Origin: Klebsormidium nitens
Taxonomy: Eukaryota; Plantae; Klebsormidiophyceae
Direction of reading: 5' to 3'
DNA length: 64,000 nucleotides
Assembly (NCBI GenBank): GCA_000708835.1
Contig: DF236976.1
Coordinates: 248,001 to 312,000, forward strand
A program made the position numbers and the translations under genes. Within the stretch, counting starts at the first letter, position 1, and each line of letters starts with the position of its first letter. Shown piece after piece: positions 12,798 to 25,567 of this stretch. The notes beneath the pieces were generated by a model, which saw only the letters and a program-made list of their open reading frames with translations, did not search any database and was not told the DNA's origin.

Positions 12798-15700
12798 ATG
12801 GTAAGGATTCCCTTTAGGGAGCGGCCAGAGTGGAGCGACATCACACCTCTCGAGCAGAATGATGGCCCACATCCCTTGGTCCCTATTGCTTACTCCCCCA
12901 CTTTCTCTGAGGCGATGGGTTACTTTCGAGCGGTTCTGGCCCTGGACGAGCGGAGCGAGAGAGCGCTGGCACTCACCAAGGAGGTCATTGAGCTGAACGC
13001 GGCAAACTACACGGTTGATTTCAACTCCTCGTGATTGGTTGAGACTTGAATGCACTTGACAGCACACCTTCAGTCAGAATGCAGGGTGGTCGCAGTTTCC
13101 GCGGCAGTTTACAGCTGGTCTGGTTGTGCTGAAAGCTGCTTGATCCCAAGTCAAGACCCGCTTCCTTGCGGATTTCCGTAAGGTCTTGTCTCAAGCATAG
13201 ATCGCCTGGTCCAGTCCTGCATCCTGGTCCAAGATAAGCTTCCTCCCCACCTTATGTATGTATTATGAGCCCCCTACTTACGTAATATCTTCTCTTGATA
13301 TACTGGAGGATTGCAGATATGCTCTCTTGTGAACTTGTTGACAGTTTTTATACATGCGAAGTTAAAACGTGTAAAAAAGTGGCCCCCCATCGCGCTTCTT
13401 TCCCTGGTGGTTCAGGTTTGGCAGTTCCGGCGGAGGGTTCTCGCGGCGCTTGAGACACCGATGGAGCAGGAGCTAGAGTACTGTGACGAGGTGGCTGAGG
13501 ACAGCCCCAAAAACTACCAGCTCTGGTGCGGACAGCTTGCACGATTCGAATGATGAAACTATGATTGTCGGTCTTGTTTCTGTTTCCAGAGGTCTCTGTG
13601 CTTGGTTGGATGGCGTGCACGAGAAACACTTTGCGAGCACGGGCTTGCATCGTGTTGTGCCAGTGACGCAGATTGTTCCAACTATGTCGTGAGTTGCATG
13701 ACCGAGCTAGCGAAGCACAATGGTGAGGCCGATTGAGTTTGAGTTTTTGAGTTTTCTGCCGCTTGGGTTTGACGTTGATCTACCCGCTGGACAGTTTCGG
13801 GCATTCTCACAACTACTCAAAAGTTGCGAGAGCCTCGATTATCAGGATCTGGGGCCGGCGTCCAATTCCGGTATTCATGGCGAAGCGTTGAAAAAGTTTT
13901 GAAGTCAGTCGGGTGTAACGGGCTGCTAGGCGGGCCCTTTTGAGTTTCGAGCCTCGTTGACTGCCACCCAACCTTGTTCTAGCAGAGGTTTAAGGATTCT
14001 TTGCCTTGAGCCTGGTTCGCTTTTGAATAGCACCGGTCGTCAATAACACAGGCGTTAACACAGGCGTTAGTAACCTCAATTTCAAGCATATTGAAAGAGG
14101 ACCTGCTAGCCCAGAGAAACGTTGTGCTAACTGCGGTTTCTTATCCCCGATTTCAGGTACCACAGGCGGTGGTGCGCCGAGCGCGTCGGCGCTTCCGGGG
14201 CTCAGCGGGAGCTGAAGTTCACGGCACGGGTCCTGGAAGAAGATGCAAAGAACTACCACGCCTGGGCGCACAGACAGGTATGCTCTGGCCCTGATAAAGA
14301 CTTTGGAATTGCATATCGTTTGCCAGAACTGCTGCTAGTCATCCTTGCGGTGTGACATCTGAACTGCTTGACATGGAGCGTTGGATGAAAGGAGACAGGC
14401 GTTAGTGAGTCGACGATAAGATGAAGTATATCGCGCCCTGCTTAATTGGTGATGATTGAAAGCATTTTGGTATCCGTCCACACATTTGCATACTCTCGAA
14501 GGGCAGCGGGTCGATGATAGTGCGTGACCAAATCAGGTTGCGCGATGCCTCCTCATCTGTCGTGTCATTACACGGAAGAGAGTATTGGGTGTAGGTCTCG
14601 ATGAGGCGGGCCAATCGTCTAAGATACAAACTGAAGTACAGCTTCGAGTGTACACACAGGCAAAGCAGCTGATACCTGTCATAGATTCATCTACATGGAG
14701 CACTCCCAAATCTGATCCCTCGGCTTTGATCGGCACAGTCTTCGACTACTCACAATCTGGACAAAAAGGGTTTGTTGAAAGTGGTTTTCCGACGCCTGTT
14801 CTACTGTCCGTTTGAAGAGGCCTTCGTTCGAATCTGCAATCCTCGTTTGAGTGAACGTTCAAGCTGTCCTACGGTCATCTCTTTAGCACCTGCCAACATC
14901 ACCAGTCATCTGCGTGTCCAAATTGCATCGTCCGGGACAAGGCGTTTTTGGATCTGCGTGTGACCCTTTTCTTATCAGCTCTTGCCTTTTCCACCAGATA
15001 TCTGGTTCCGCGAGTTCAACTCTCATCTTTTCTACCTGTACTTTTGGCCCCTGATCCTCTCGTTTCTCCCTTTTGTTTGCCCTACAACGATCGCTTGACC
15101 TTTCCGGGCTCTCACTTACTGCAGTGGACCCTTCGGACGCTCGGGGGGTGGGAGGGCGAGCTGGCCTTTTGCGAGCAACTGCTGGCAGAGGACGTCCGGA
15201 ACAACTCCGCCTGGAACCAGGTTAGCAATTAGTCAATACCCTGGTTAGTAGTCTGAAGAATAGGGTCAGGCTTTGCCTCGTTCCTTCGCTTGGCCTTTCC
15301 AGTGAGTGTTTTGATGTTGTACTGCAAAATGGGCCTTTTGATGCCGAATTGCAAGAGGACTTGTGCATGAGCTGACGGTCCGTTTGAGCCGCGCAGTCAT
15401 AGGACACAACTTCTGAGAAGGAGACAGTCTCACCTCGAAACGCGAACTGATCCGCACCATCCGCAGAACAATGACGTGTCGGACGTGTCTTTGCAACTCC
15501 TTATGCTTGAACCACATCTCCTGGCTCTTTCCGCGATGGAGCGTGTCTTCAAACGTCGCACTTCAAACGGAACGGAGAAGACGCTCGGAGTTGGTTCACA
15601 GAGGCCTTAGCCGCAGCGCTTCCCTGCAGTGAGCGTTGAAGCACGTTGTTAACCAGGCTAGTCGCCGCAGTTCTCTTCTCGATCTGCGGCGAAATCTAGA

Positions 15701-16908
15701 AGCCGGTATTGCAGTTTCAGAGGGGCATCGCGACTGCCAGACGGGAAACTTTGTCACTGGCCTGGCAGCAATCACACGGAGGCTTGTCCGTCAGTCTGTT
15801 AAAGCGCTTTCCGTCGTCCTGAGTGCAGCGGTTTTTCACCATCCAGACGTGCCCGCTTCTGCCGGGCTTGGAGGCGATGCGCCGCTCCGAGGCGCAGTTT
15901 GCGATTGACCGCATCCGGCTGGCGCCTAACAACGAGAGCCCCTGGCGTTACCTGAGAGGCCTCTACCAGGATGACATGTGAGCACTGCGCGCGGTCAACA
16001 ATTAATTGGGGACTCGTTTGCCCCTTTTCTTTACATAGTCGCCTCTTCATTTTATGCGATCATGGTTGCGCACCCTGTGCAAGTGTGGCACGCATCTGAC
16101 GGAGAGGAAGCTGTCATCATGAACTAGTCTAGGAGATTGGCGGAATAGCATCTCAGGTGCCACAAGGTACCCTTATTGCAGCCGAGATGCCTTTCAGAAC
16201 TGGGCAGAATTTTCTGCTGGAGTTGTTGTCCACCTTCCGTGCTCCGACTCTTGTTTCTCTCACCAGTGGCAGAATGCTCCAGCAACGTTTCCAAAAGCTC
16301 AGCCTCTCAATCTGGCAGATTCGTGCTTCGGATCGAGAAAGGATGATCGTTTCGTCGGAGCTTGGTGACCGCGCTTCGCTTTAGCCCTCCACCTTCCTGC
16401 ACTTTCTAGGACCCGTCTTCTTTATCAGCTACCCAAATCTAATCTCGTGATTATATGTGTCTGACACCGTGTCTTTGACACCTGATATTGCCCAACATCC
16501 CTGCACCTTGCTTCGTGTCCCTAGCGGCATAGCTCCTCCTGATTTCATATCCGAAACAGCAAGAACATCCAGTGAATCCCTCGATCCTCGCTTTTTGCAA
16601 AAGCACATGGTGCAAGCTTGTGTGCTCCTTGCAGACGAGCCCTCGCAGAAGAATCGCCTGTGGTCCAGGTCTGCCAAGAGTTGTTGAGAGATGATGGAGA
16701 GAACGTCCAAGCTTTGTCATGGGCCCTAGACCTGGCTGCCGCTGGTCATCTAGTTCCGGAAGCCTTGCACGAAGGAGAGCCTTCGAACGATGAAGGGCGG
16801 GGATCACCAAGTTCGATGCTTGAGCAGCTTTGCATGCGTCTAGAGACAGCCGACCCAATTAGGAGCCGCTATTGGCGCTTTAGGTCTCAGCAGCTTGTGC
16901 GATGGTAG
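12798..16908 (+). CDS. FTA: Protein farnesyltransferase/geranylgeranyltransferase-I alpha subunit; exons 12798-13013, 13416-13525, 14157-14277, 15125-15220, 15829-15977, 16635-16908
   Basis: [27 protein letters not shown] repeats ([60 protein letters not shown]) and C-terminal DPIRSRYW; all junctions in frame. Confidence 0.95.
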
Positions 16909-18494
16909 CGACCACGTACAGAAAGCGCGTTTTCGGCGACTGTTCATGCCGTGATGGAGTCAAGTCCGTACGTGGTCGCTACCATCGCCATTAGCAGCCG
17001 TGCCTTTATTATGTCGGCTCCAAAGTGAAGATCTTAGAGGGTGGACATTTATAGGGTGGACATCAGGAGCTTGCATTTCTTCTTAGTATCATTTCTATCC
17101 AGTCGTTTAATAAGTACCAATGATTCGCTGATCCGTGACATTCGGGGGCTTGTTTAAGTTCCATGAGTCATTCATCACATGCCGGGCGTATGGCAAAATG
17201 TGAAGAACTTACAAAAAATGAGAGCGAATTTGGAATTGGCACGGAGGTGGGGCTAGGGATGTGCGATGGCACCGTTGAGAGATGCATGTATATGTACCAG
17301 GATGAGTAACAATCTTATTGCGTCAGAAAAACGACCATTAGCAAGCTGTCAATCTGTGATAGGCGCCATATGCTCGGCTGGGCGAGGCCTGAGCAAGGTG
17401 GCTTGGAACCCATGCACATTCGTCGTCCTTCATGATCCTTTCTGATCGACCTACTCAAACCGGCGCTAGACTCCTCCAATTCTTGGTATGAAACTAAAGA
17501 AGAACTTGTGCAAGAAGTTCAAATGCTGGTTTTCCCTAAGTGCATTGTTGAGCAGCTTTTGTATTTGGAGATTGTAGTGTCGGTACGGTGTACTACGAAT
17601 GTTGCTAGGTGTACAAAGGTGGAATATACATGCGAGCACCTGTGGCGAAAGAAACACACACCACATATTCATGCCATGAGAAGCCTATGGCCATTTGGAT
17701 ACGGCGAGAACTTAAGGAGACCGCCATGAGACCGCCATATTGATACGACTCTTACTAGTATCGCAGAATCTAACGCTATAACGCGTGGGCTTCTGGGCTG
17801 TAAGATGTTATCAAGAGGATATCAGGCGGAATCCCTCCCTCTAGGACTCTGGCCGCCCTTTTGCGAACCCGGGTCGTGGTGTTGAATACCTGGTAGTGAG
17901 TCGCTAAGTGCAATCCAACATGGATACGCCCGTTTTGAAATTTGCAGTCGGCCCGGCTCATGAGTCGGAGTCATGACAAATAACGTACTGGTGTACGTTA
18001 CATAGTGTCACTGTCAGCGAAATACTTGGGATTTGGTCTCTGATCTCGTGCGTCAGCATTGAGCAGATTTTCGTAGTAGGTACCTACCTACCTACTGTAT
18101 CCAGTGCATGTACATACGGTATCCAGTAGGTACCTTCAGTACTAGAATCCTCCCCCTTGGAAGTTTTGCGATGAAGGGTTTATCATGGGGTCAAGAGTTA
18201 TCTCGTTTTAAAGCAGGGAATTTGCAGGGGTTAGTTGGGGGTTACTTGTTCATGTTTCGATCTCGGTCAACGCGGTCAACCCGGTAAGGGTTGTGGCCAA
18301 TAGGATCACGAATAAAAATGCCTTAACGTTTTAGGACTCAACATGTCATGTCAACTAGAATGACCTCCCCCAATAAGGGAGGCAAAGAATACGGGTTCCC
18401 GGTACCCGCCACGTTGCAAAGTACCGTCTCGAGATTCGAGGTACGGTAAGTACGGTACCTGGCCCTGCTGGTTTACACAACCTCGGTAACGTAT

Positions 18495-18910
18495 GCACGT
18501 CCGATAGGGATAAACTTTAATAGTAATAAGAAACTTAAGGTACACAAGTACGGGTGGGGTTGGGTTGGTGGTTAGGGTGGGTTCACTTCGATAACTCTCG
18601 TGTGACCTAAGAGCCGTGTGACCTAAGATAGGCACCCGGGGGACGGGTGGGGTTGGTATGGTGGTTAGGGTGGGTTGGGGTGCGGAGCGGGTGATTATTT
18701 GGGTTAGGTGTTTTAGTTTGAAGTGCCCGGGTAGCTTGTATCTTAGGTCACACGCCCGTTAGGTCACACGAGAGTTACCGGTATGGTGGGTTCGGGTGCG
18801 GAGCAGGTCATTTTGTCCTTAGGGTTTTAGTGTTGGTTACGGCGAGAAATTGAGTACTTTCAGTACCTAAGATCCTTATTACTAATAAAGTTTATGGTTA
18901 TGCACGTCCG
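18495..18910. mobile_element. ~398-bp non-autonomous TIR element (MITE, 18504-18901) with 9-bp TSD GCACGTCCG; contains a second nested inverted repeat and G-rich tracts
   Basis: GCACGTCCG at 18495-18503 and 18902-18910. ~48-bp imperfect TIRs (atagggataaactttaatagtaataag... / ...cttattactaataaagtttatggttat). Inner inverted repeat at 18592-18640 / 18726-18777. Confidence 0.8.
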
Positions 18911-19429
18911 CCGTGTACAGAAGTAGGTACCGGTACCACGGTTGGTATGCTCTACTGTACCTTGTACAACTGTAGCGCCGCTTTAATCTTGTTTAACCCC
19001 CATAACCCCTAATAGGTTATACGTGGACGTGGTCAAAGCGCTGTGGTCCTGCATGGGACAGTGCCAGTGGACTGTGACATGCTCTGGACAGATGGTGCTC
19101 TGTGGAGGCTGAGCTGGAGGCTGGAGCGCAGGATTGTTCTTGTCAGGCCAGGGCTGGTCTCTGCTACGTTTCCCATCCTTCGAGGGATGTGAAGATTGGT
19201 AGGTTCAGGGCGTCGGTGCTGTCTCGACTTTGGTGGCAAAAACGTTACGGAAAAGCACCAGCTGAGAAAAGGCTTTAGGCGGGCAGCCGGCGTGGGCGAG
19301 AAGCCCTATTTTATGTGGCGCTGTGTACCTTCTGCTTCTTTTTGAAATTAGATCGTGCAATTCGTGACAGTATTGAATTCTCCATCAGACAATTTGACAG
19401 CCCTTGGGCATCTTCATGTTAGGGTGGGG

Positions 19430-22400
19430 ATGGCTTGGGAAGTCCCGTCCACTGAAGTTGCGCTTCCAAGCCCCGACCTGCTGCAATCTGCATACGAGTC
19501 GGTCAGGCCACATTTAAAACCTGAGGACGTTCCTGCTGCATTGACAAGGGATATTGGCCCAGGTAAATATGTCTTGAGCGTTTCAGTTTGTCGTGCATCT
19601 TCTGATAGGATGTTTAGCTCGATTGTCTAATATGGCTAGCTGCAACAAAGTATCGATCATATGTTGTGGGGTAAGTAAGCCCGTTTCTTGCATTTCATGA
19701 GCAGGCTGGGCCTAAAAGGCTCTGAACATTGCTGTCCATTCGAGCCTCCTCAGTCAGCAACATACGTTCTTGGAGCTGGTAATCAGGACAGACGTGGATC
19801 GTCGGTTAGTTTTACAGACGCTTGGCGCAGTTGCCATCCTAGCGATCATCCTTTGTCATTTCAAAGGAATCGAATCCAGTCCATTGTTTCAATCTTTACT
19901 TTTCACTTGTATAGCTGACCTGTGGAAGATATATGGTAAAGTTTGTCATTTCAAAAGCAGCATATTTTGGACCTCGCTTGCAGAAGGAGAACTCCAATTC
20001 TTTTCCAGATCACGTGGGACAAGAAAATTTCACGTGGCTTGAATAATTGTTTGGTCAGGTTTCATTGGCTTGATATCAAATACTACTGATAGATCTTATA
20101 GTTCGCTCAGGACATCTCTGAACCATCCGAGAGCTCTGCAAAAGTTTAGCTTTCAGAAATGCTAATGAAAAGTGCATCTGAGAAACCTTGCTCTCTGATA
20201 TCATTCAGGAAAAAGCAGTTTAGTTTCTTTGTTAAACCAGATTTGAGAAAGTCAGTGGTCATTGTGTCCACTGAGGAACACGTGTGGGTGTCATTATGCA
20301 CTTTGATGTTGAAACATATATGCATTGGTCTTTTGAGCTTCCTACATGAGAGGCTTGCATTTGACTAAATGGTTGCCAACCTTGTATCACTTCCTGCAGG
20401 TGTGTGCGTCAGCAGTGCTGAGGGACTCCCCCGACTGCCTTCCTGCAACGCAATCAGTGAACCATGCACAGCAAGCTACTCCCCTTGCTCAAAGATGGAT
20501 GAGTGCAGCACTTTGACAAGTGATGCATGTGGGGTTGGAGGTCATGGCCAAGATCCAGGTCTTGCAGTACAGCAAGCACCGCGCGAAACTGGAGGGAAGA
20601 GTCCAGAACAGCAAAAGGGCGGTGTGTTACAGAGAAGGAAGCAGAGCAGACTTGGTGGTGGTGGCGGCTTGAGAAAGACTGGTGAGCAAGAGGTTTCTGT
20701 GTGAGGCGTCTGATTGAGTGAGCGAAAACGTGCTAACTTGATGATGCAACTAATGGCATCATACCAGCCTTTTCCTTCCAGGAGTCATTTTTTTGTTAGA
20801 AGGAGCAGCCCTGCTTTGAAGTAGACAAACCTGGTAGACATGCTTGCGTTTAGCAGCCTGCAGCATATTCTAGGCCAGGAAAGATGACAAGACGACCTGT
20901 CGATTCACAGGCCAGATCTGCCGCTTACACACATGGATGCTTAAAAGGATGGTGTTGGATGTGCAAGGGTCCTATCATACTCCTGTTCCTGTCACGTTCT
21001 GCGAAGGCAGGTTTTAAAAGGAGTCTTGTGCTCAGCATCAATGAAGGCCAAAGCAACGTCTGCTTTTTGCTGAATCAAGGTTGTAACATCATCATTCTTT
21101 CATCGATCTCTATAGGGTGAATTCTTAAACGAGTACTCTTGCTCATACAAACCAAGTTAGTTTACTGTAATTCCACCTTCTCTGCGGATGGTCCAGCCCT
21201 CAACAAACCCCAACGAACATCAATTGCGAGCGCAGGGCTAATGTGCATACGCTGCAGGCCTGATCTAACCGTACCCCCTTGTTTCAGGTGTCGACATCGA
21301 GCACCGCCACGAGCGCGTCATCCAACACCGTGACCGCTCCACTACCTACACACTGGGGGGCCCCCGCTGCTCACGCACCGACGGCAAGCATTGGCAATGC
21401 AAGCGCGAGGCGCTCCCAGACCAGAAGTACTGTGAGAAGCATCTGCACAGGGGACTGCTCCGCTCCCGTAAGCGCAAGCGGGAGGACAACTTTCAGGACT
21501 TGGAGGGGGAGCGTCTCTTCCAGGGGTGGCAGAGGGCAAAGCCAAAGCCGCAGCTGTGGCCGTGGTTGTGCCAGCCCCCCCCTGAAGTGGTGAGCAAGAA
21601 TTGATCAGTTGCAGCCTTGTTTGTGGCTGCAAAACAGCAGGTGTGGAGGCTTCTAACCTTCATAAATAATTCTGCTGGTTCAACAAGAATGCTTGAAATG
21701 CAAGATGAGTTTCCGGGGCTGTGTTACTGTTCTTCTGGAATGCTTTTGCCATGCTGGGAGACTGCTACAGATTGTGAACTTCGATCTACACGTCTTTGTT
21801 TGAATTGCTGTTACTATCATCAATACAGAGCGATCAAGTAATACAGTAATTTGCAGAGCACAGGCTCTCAATTCCTGAACAGTCTCCATTCTTCCGTAGC
21901 AGTGAGCAGATTATGCTTGTTGAAAACTCTCCAAATCTCTGAGCAATGATCCAAAGACGTCATCTCAGAACTCGTTGTTCCTTGCACATCATGTCAATTG
22001 CATTGCTGACGTCATCCTCTGCTTGTTTTTCAGGACCAGAGCCCCGCCGCAAGCCAGAGCGGGCTCCCGAGCCAGGCCCTGTTTCCGATATCGTCGCTCC
22101 AGGTCCCCCTTCCCGCTGACTCCCCCTGGCTGGCAGCAGGGCCTCAGGCTGCGCTGAGGCAATGGACCCCTGCGCAAGAACAGATTCTCAAGGCAACCCT
22201 CTCTGAACTCGGCCTCGACGAGAAGAATGCCCGCCTAGGAAGCAGCAGCGCCATTGCGGAGCTCAGAGCACAATCGCTGCAGTTTGAGGGATCCCCTTGG
22301 GCGGAGCTGCCATACAACCCAACCGGCCACCCAAGGCCTCTGCACACTCTCCCAAGAACCCCCAACGTCCTGCGAGTGGGCCAAGATCAGGCGGTGCTCC

Positions 22401-24184
22401 CGCCCTCCGCTCAATGTGCCCCGGAACGAGACGGCAGTTTCACGGTGGCCATTCCTCTAGCCACCTTGGCCAGCGTAGGGGTTGGTGTGAACGCGGGCGG
22501 CCTCATTAGCACCTGGGGCTGCGCGGTACCAATCTGCCTCATCTTAGGAGGGACTGCGGAGGCAGTGAAGCTGGAGGCTCTCAGGAAGGACGGAGATACG
22601 GTCTTCTTCAAGGGGCGTCCCCGGGCGAGCTTTGAGCTGGCTAATAGGGAGGGAGAAGGGAGGACGTTGACCCCCGCAAACCTTGGGGGGCCAGGACTCG
22701 GAAGCGCCGCACCTGGAAAGCGTGGCGCTGTCATTCCCTGGGACGGAGAAGCTTTCGCTGAGGAGCCGGCTCGTGAGAATGCTGCAAAGGGCCTGAATCT
22801 CGACCTGAACCTGCACGCGGCAGCTATGGAGACCGGGGGTACTGCAGGCCCCCAATCGGAAGCCCCCCTTTGGAAGGTCCCTGCCCCGCTAGTTCATGAG
22901 AAGCCGCCTCTTAGCCCTTTGAAAGGGGGCAGCAGCCCCGGATGGGCCCCTCAGGAGAGCTGGGGCCACTTTCTCCAAAGGCTCGACGCCAGGCCCGAGG
23001 TGCGGCCGGCAAACGACTTGGGCGCAGATTCCGGCCCAGGGTTGCTGCACCGACTTCGGTGGGAATCAGGGGAACAGGACAGAAGCCGAGGCGCCCCTCC
23101 AGTGCCTGCAAATGTCGGTGGGGCCGGGCTCCGAAGGACGGTCAGCTTGAAGATGGAGAAGCCCGATCGTGGCTTTTTGCTGCAGCGCATCGCCTCGCTG
23201 CCGGTGGGGTTTGATTACGCCCCCTCGCCCCCCAAGCCGAGCCAAAAGCTTCTAAGCAAATTGAAGAAGGGTCCAGGAGCTGGCGCGGAGGGCACAATTG
23301 CTCTCGGGGGGCTGAACCTGGGCGCCGTGGGAGACGTCCTAGCGGGGAACGTTGCGAGCGTGATTCTGCAGACCCCCCAGGGCGTGTTTCTTGGTGGGGG
23401 AGGAAAACTGGACGAGATCGAGAAGGAGGACTCGTGCGACACGAAGCTGGCCAACCGCGACAAGCCACGTGCCTTGAGTGACGGGCAGGGGTCGCAGTCC
23501 GGAACTGGGGGCGACTCCATGGATGACGCATTGAGCCCCCCGAAGAGCCGCAAGAGGGCCAGAGAGGAGGTTCTGCAGGGAGTTGGCTACTCTATGGACG
23601 GCTTGACCCTAGATCTGACGGGTCCCGGGCGCGAGAAGGGCCGGCGCCTAAACCTGGGAGAGAGGATTTTGAACACGAGCCTGTCTATCAACGAGCTCAA
23701 CGGCTTTACGGTGGCAAAAGTGCGGGCGCCAGTCAACGGTGAGGATTTTGGGCGCTTCTGGCCTAATGGCAAAATGCTGGAGAGCCGTGCTGTGGTATGG
23801 CACTCACGAGGCAGTTGCTTTTGATTGGTATACGCGTGTGGAGCAAGATTCCTGACTTCGTGAGCGGGCGAATGACTTCGTGGCTGTTCGAGCATTGGGG
23901 GGCAGTAAGAAGTTGTTAGCACCTGACTGGTGCTCTCCGACAAAGTGTGTGCAGGTATGCAACTTCTATTGGCGCCCCATGCGGGGGCCAGGTTGCTTCC
24001 ATTCGCCAGCAGCGACCTGGAGGAGCCGTTTACCCTGTGGAAAGGAGGGGGAGCGAGAGCATTGTTTGAGGCCGCGCGTGGCAGTGAGCTTACTGCCAAG
24101 GATCTCATCGGACCCATCAAGAGCAGCCCGAGGGCCAGGGGGTCGGTGTGGGGGCCGCTGGGGCGGGATAGTCGAGTGCTGTAA
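19430..24184 (+). CDS. WRC (C-x9-C-x10-C-x2-H) zinc-finger protein with EAR-like repression motifs; probable exons ~19430-19561, 20400-20691, 21288-21589, 22034-~23738, 23955-24184
   Basis: Exon 21288-21589 encodes [40 protein letters not shown] (WRC followed by a basic NLS). It splices in frame to a long exon with LNLDLNL and LTLDL. First and last exons are less certain. Confidence 0.75.
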
Positions 24185-25567
24185 ATCTGAGGTGGGTTCA
24201 CGCGCCTTTTCGGGTCGGAAAGGAAGCCTCTTCTCTTGTGAATGAGGCTGTGATCATTTGTCGAAGCTTCCACAGGATGACTCGGTCGCTTCCTTATCCG
24301 GTCATTCCTCTGACCGGAGTTACTGTTGCCTTATTTGTTGATAGCCTGAGAGTATCGGTTCATATCGTTGGTTAACAAGCTTGTTTGTGTGCAGGAGACA
24401 TCATGGCGGGCAATCATTTATTAACGACAGTCATGTTAGAATCTGAGCAACTGCGCACGGCCAAGGCATCGACCAAGTCATTTACTAACCCGATTAAGTC
24501 ATTGTATAGTCATCAGCTGGGGACCTTCTCGCAGTGCATCTTTGAATAGTATGACCTCAAGTTTAGCAGAGGGGTTTCATCTGAAGGACGAGGCAATAAA
24601 AGTCGCTTCACAAGAAACTGCTGGGAAAGCTTTTTGATTTCTGCAGTTGCGATAGCGGTCAAATTCAGTCTTTGCAGAATACGACGACTCCGCCCTTGCT
24701 GGTATGATCAGGGGTCACGTATAGTAGTAGCCATATAGGATGAGGAGGAACGTATGCTCGTCTTAGTGGGAGGTTGCTGTTTGATCGGCTTTGGTGGAGC
24801 ACATCGTAGACCTCTCATCAGCCATCACAGCTGACAGCCGTCAGTATATGTATCACTAGTTATGTAAGTAGTCCCGAACCGTTCAGTCAATGCCTCTTTT
24901 AAACTCCACCTAAACTTTGCCAATTTGACTTTCCCCCATACGAGCAGCGCCACGCAACCTGTTTGAGTAAGTCTATGCATTTATGTGTGCCTGTCACATG
25001 GGCCGCCATGCAGTGGGCAGCTCATGTCAATTTATGTATGCGCTGGAAATGTCCCACGTTTCGATTCGACCTTTGTTGGCAAATCTAGAGCATGCATGCA
25101 TGTGTGTGCAATCAGATAGAGTTGTGCACATGACGGTAACATGCGTTGCCTGCTACAGTGCAAGCAAAGAACCCAGGCTTATAGGAAGTCATGGAGCTGG
25201 TGCACTACACATGCACGTACGTAGAAACCACATTAACCGTTCGACCATGCAGTAGCACCAACCTGCACTAAAGATTTGAAGATGCTATCTTCGAGAGAAG
25301 TGGGTGCACTGACAGCGTGCACATGTGTCCACTGTTCGATCTTGAGTAAGCAGCAGCCATGATTGCGAGAGCTAGCATGCAAGATATATGGCACGATTGC
25401 ATGGGTAGAGCGAAGGTGCTACAGTATCGAGGTGAGGGCTGACCCTCCCATCAGAGAATCTTCAGCGGTGTGGCAGTCACGGAAGCTGCCTTTGCAGATG
25501 TAGCAGCCTCATATCTGGCAAGCATAAATGCAGGAAGAGACCTAGAACAAGGCGGAATCCTTGTATA

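Noticed and set aside
17440-18020. LTR retrotransposon remnant (TGGTAG PBS-like site, LLKP peptide, taacgtac/gtacgtta hairpin)
   Set aside because: No paired LTR, no TG..CA boundary beside the PBS-like site, and no RT or integrase motif.
24831-24860. Hairpin followed by CTAG|T resembling a Helitron 3' end (similar case at ~9362-9398)
   Set aside because: Stem only 5-6 bp, no identifiable 5' TC end, and the 9.4-kb case lacks the following T.
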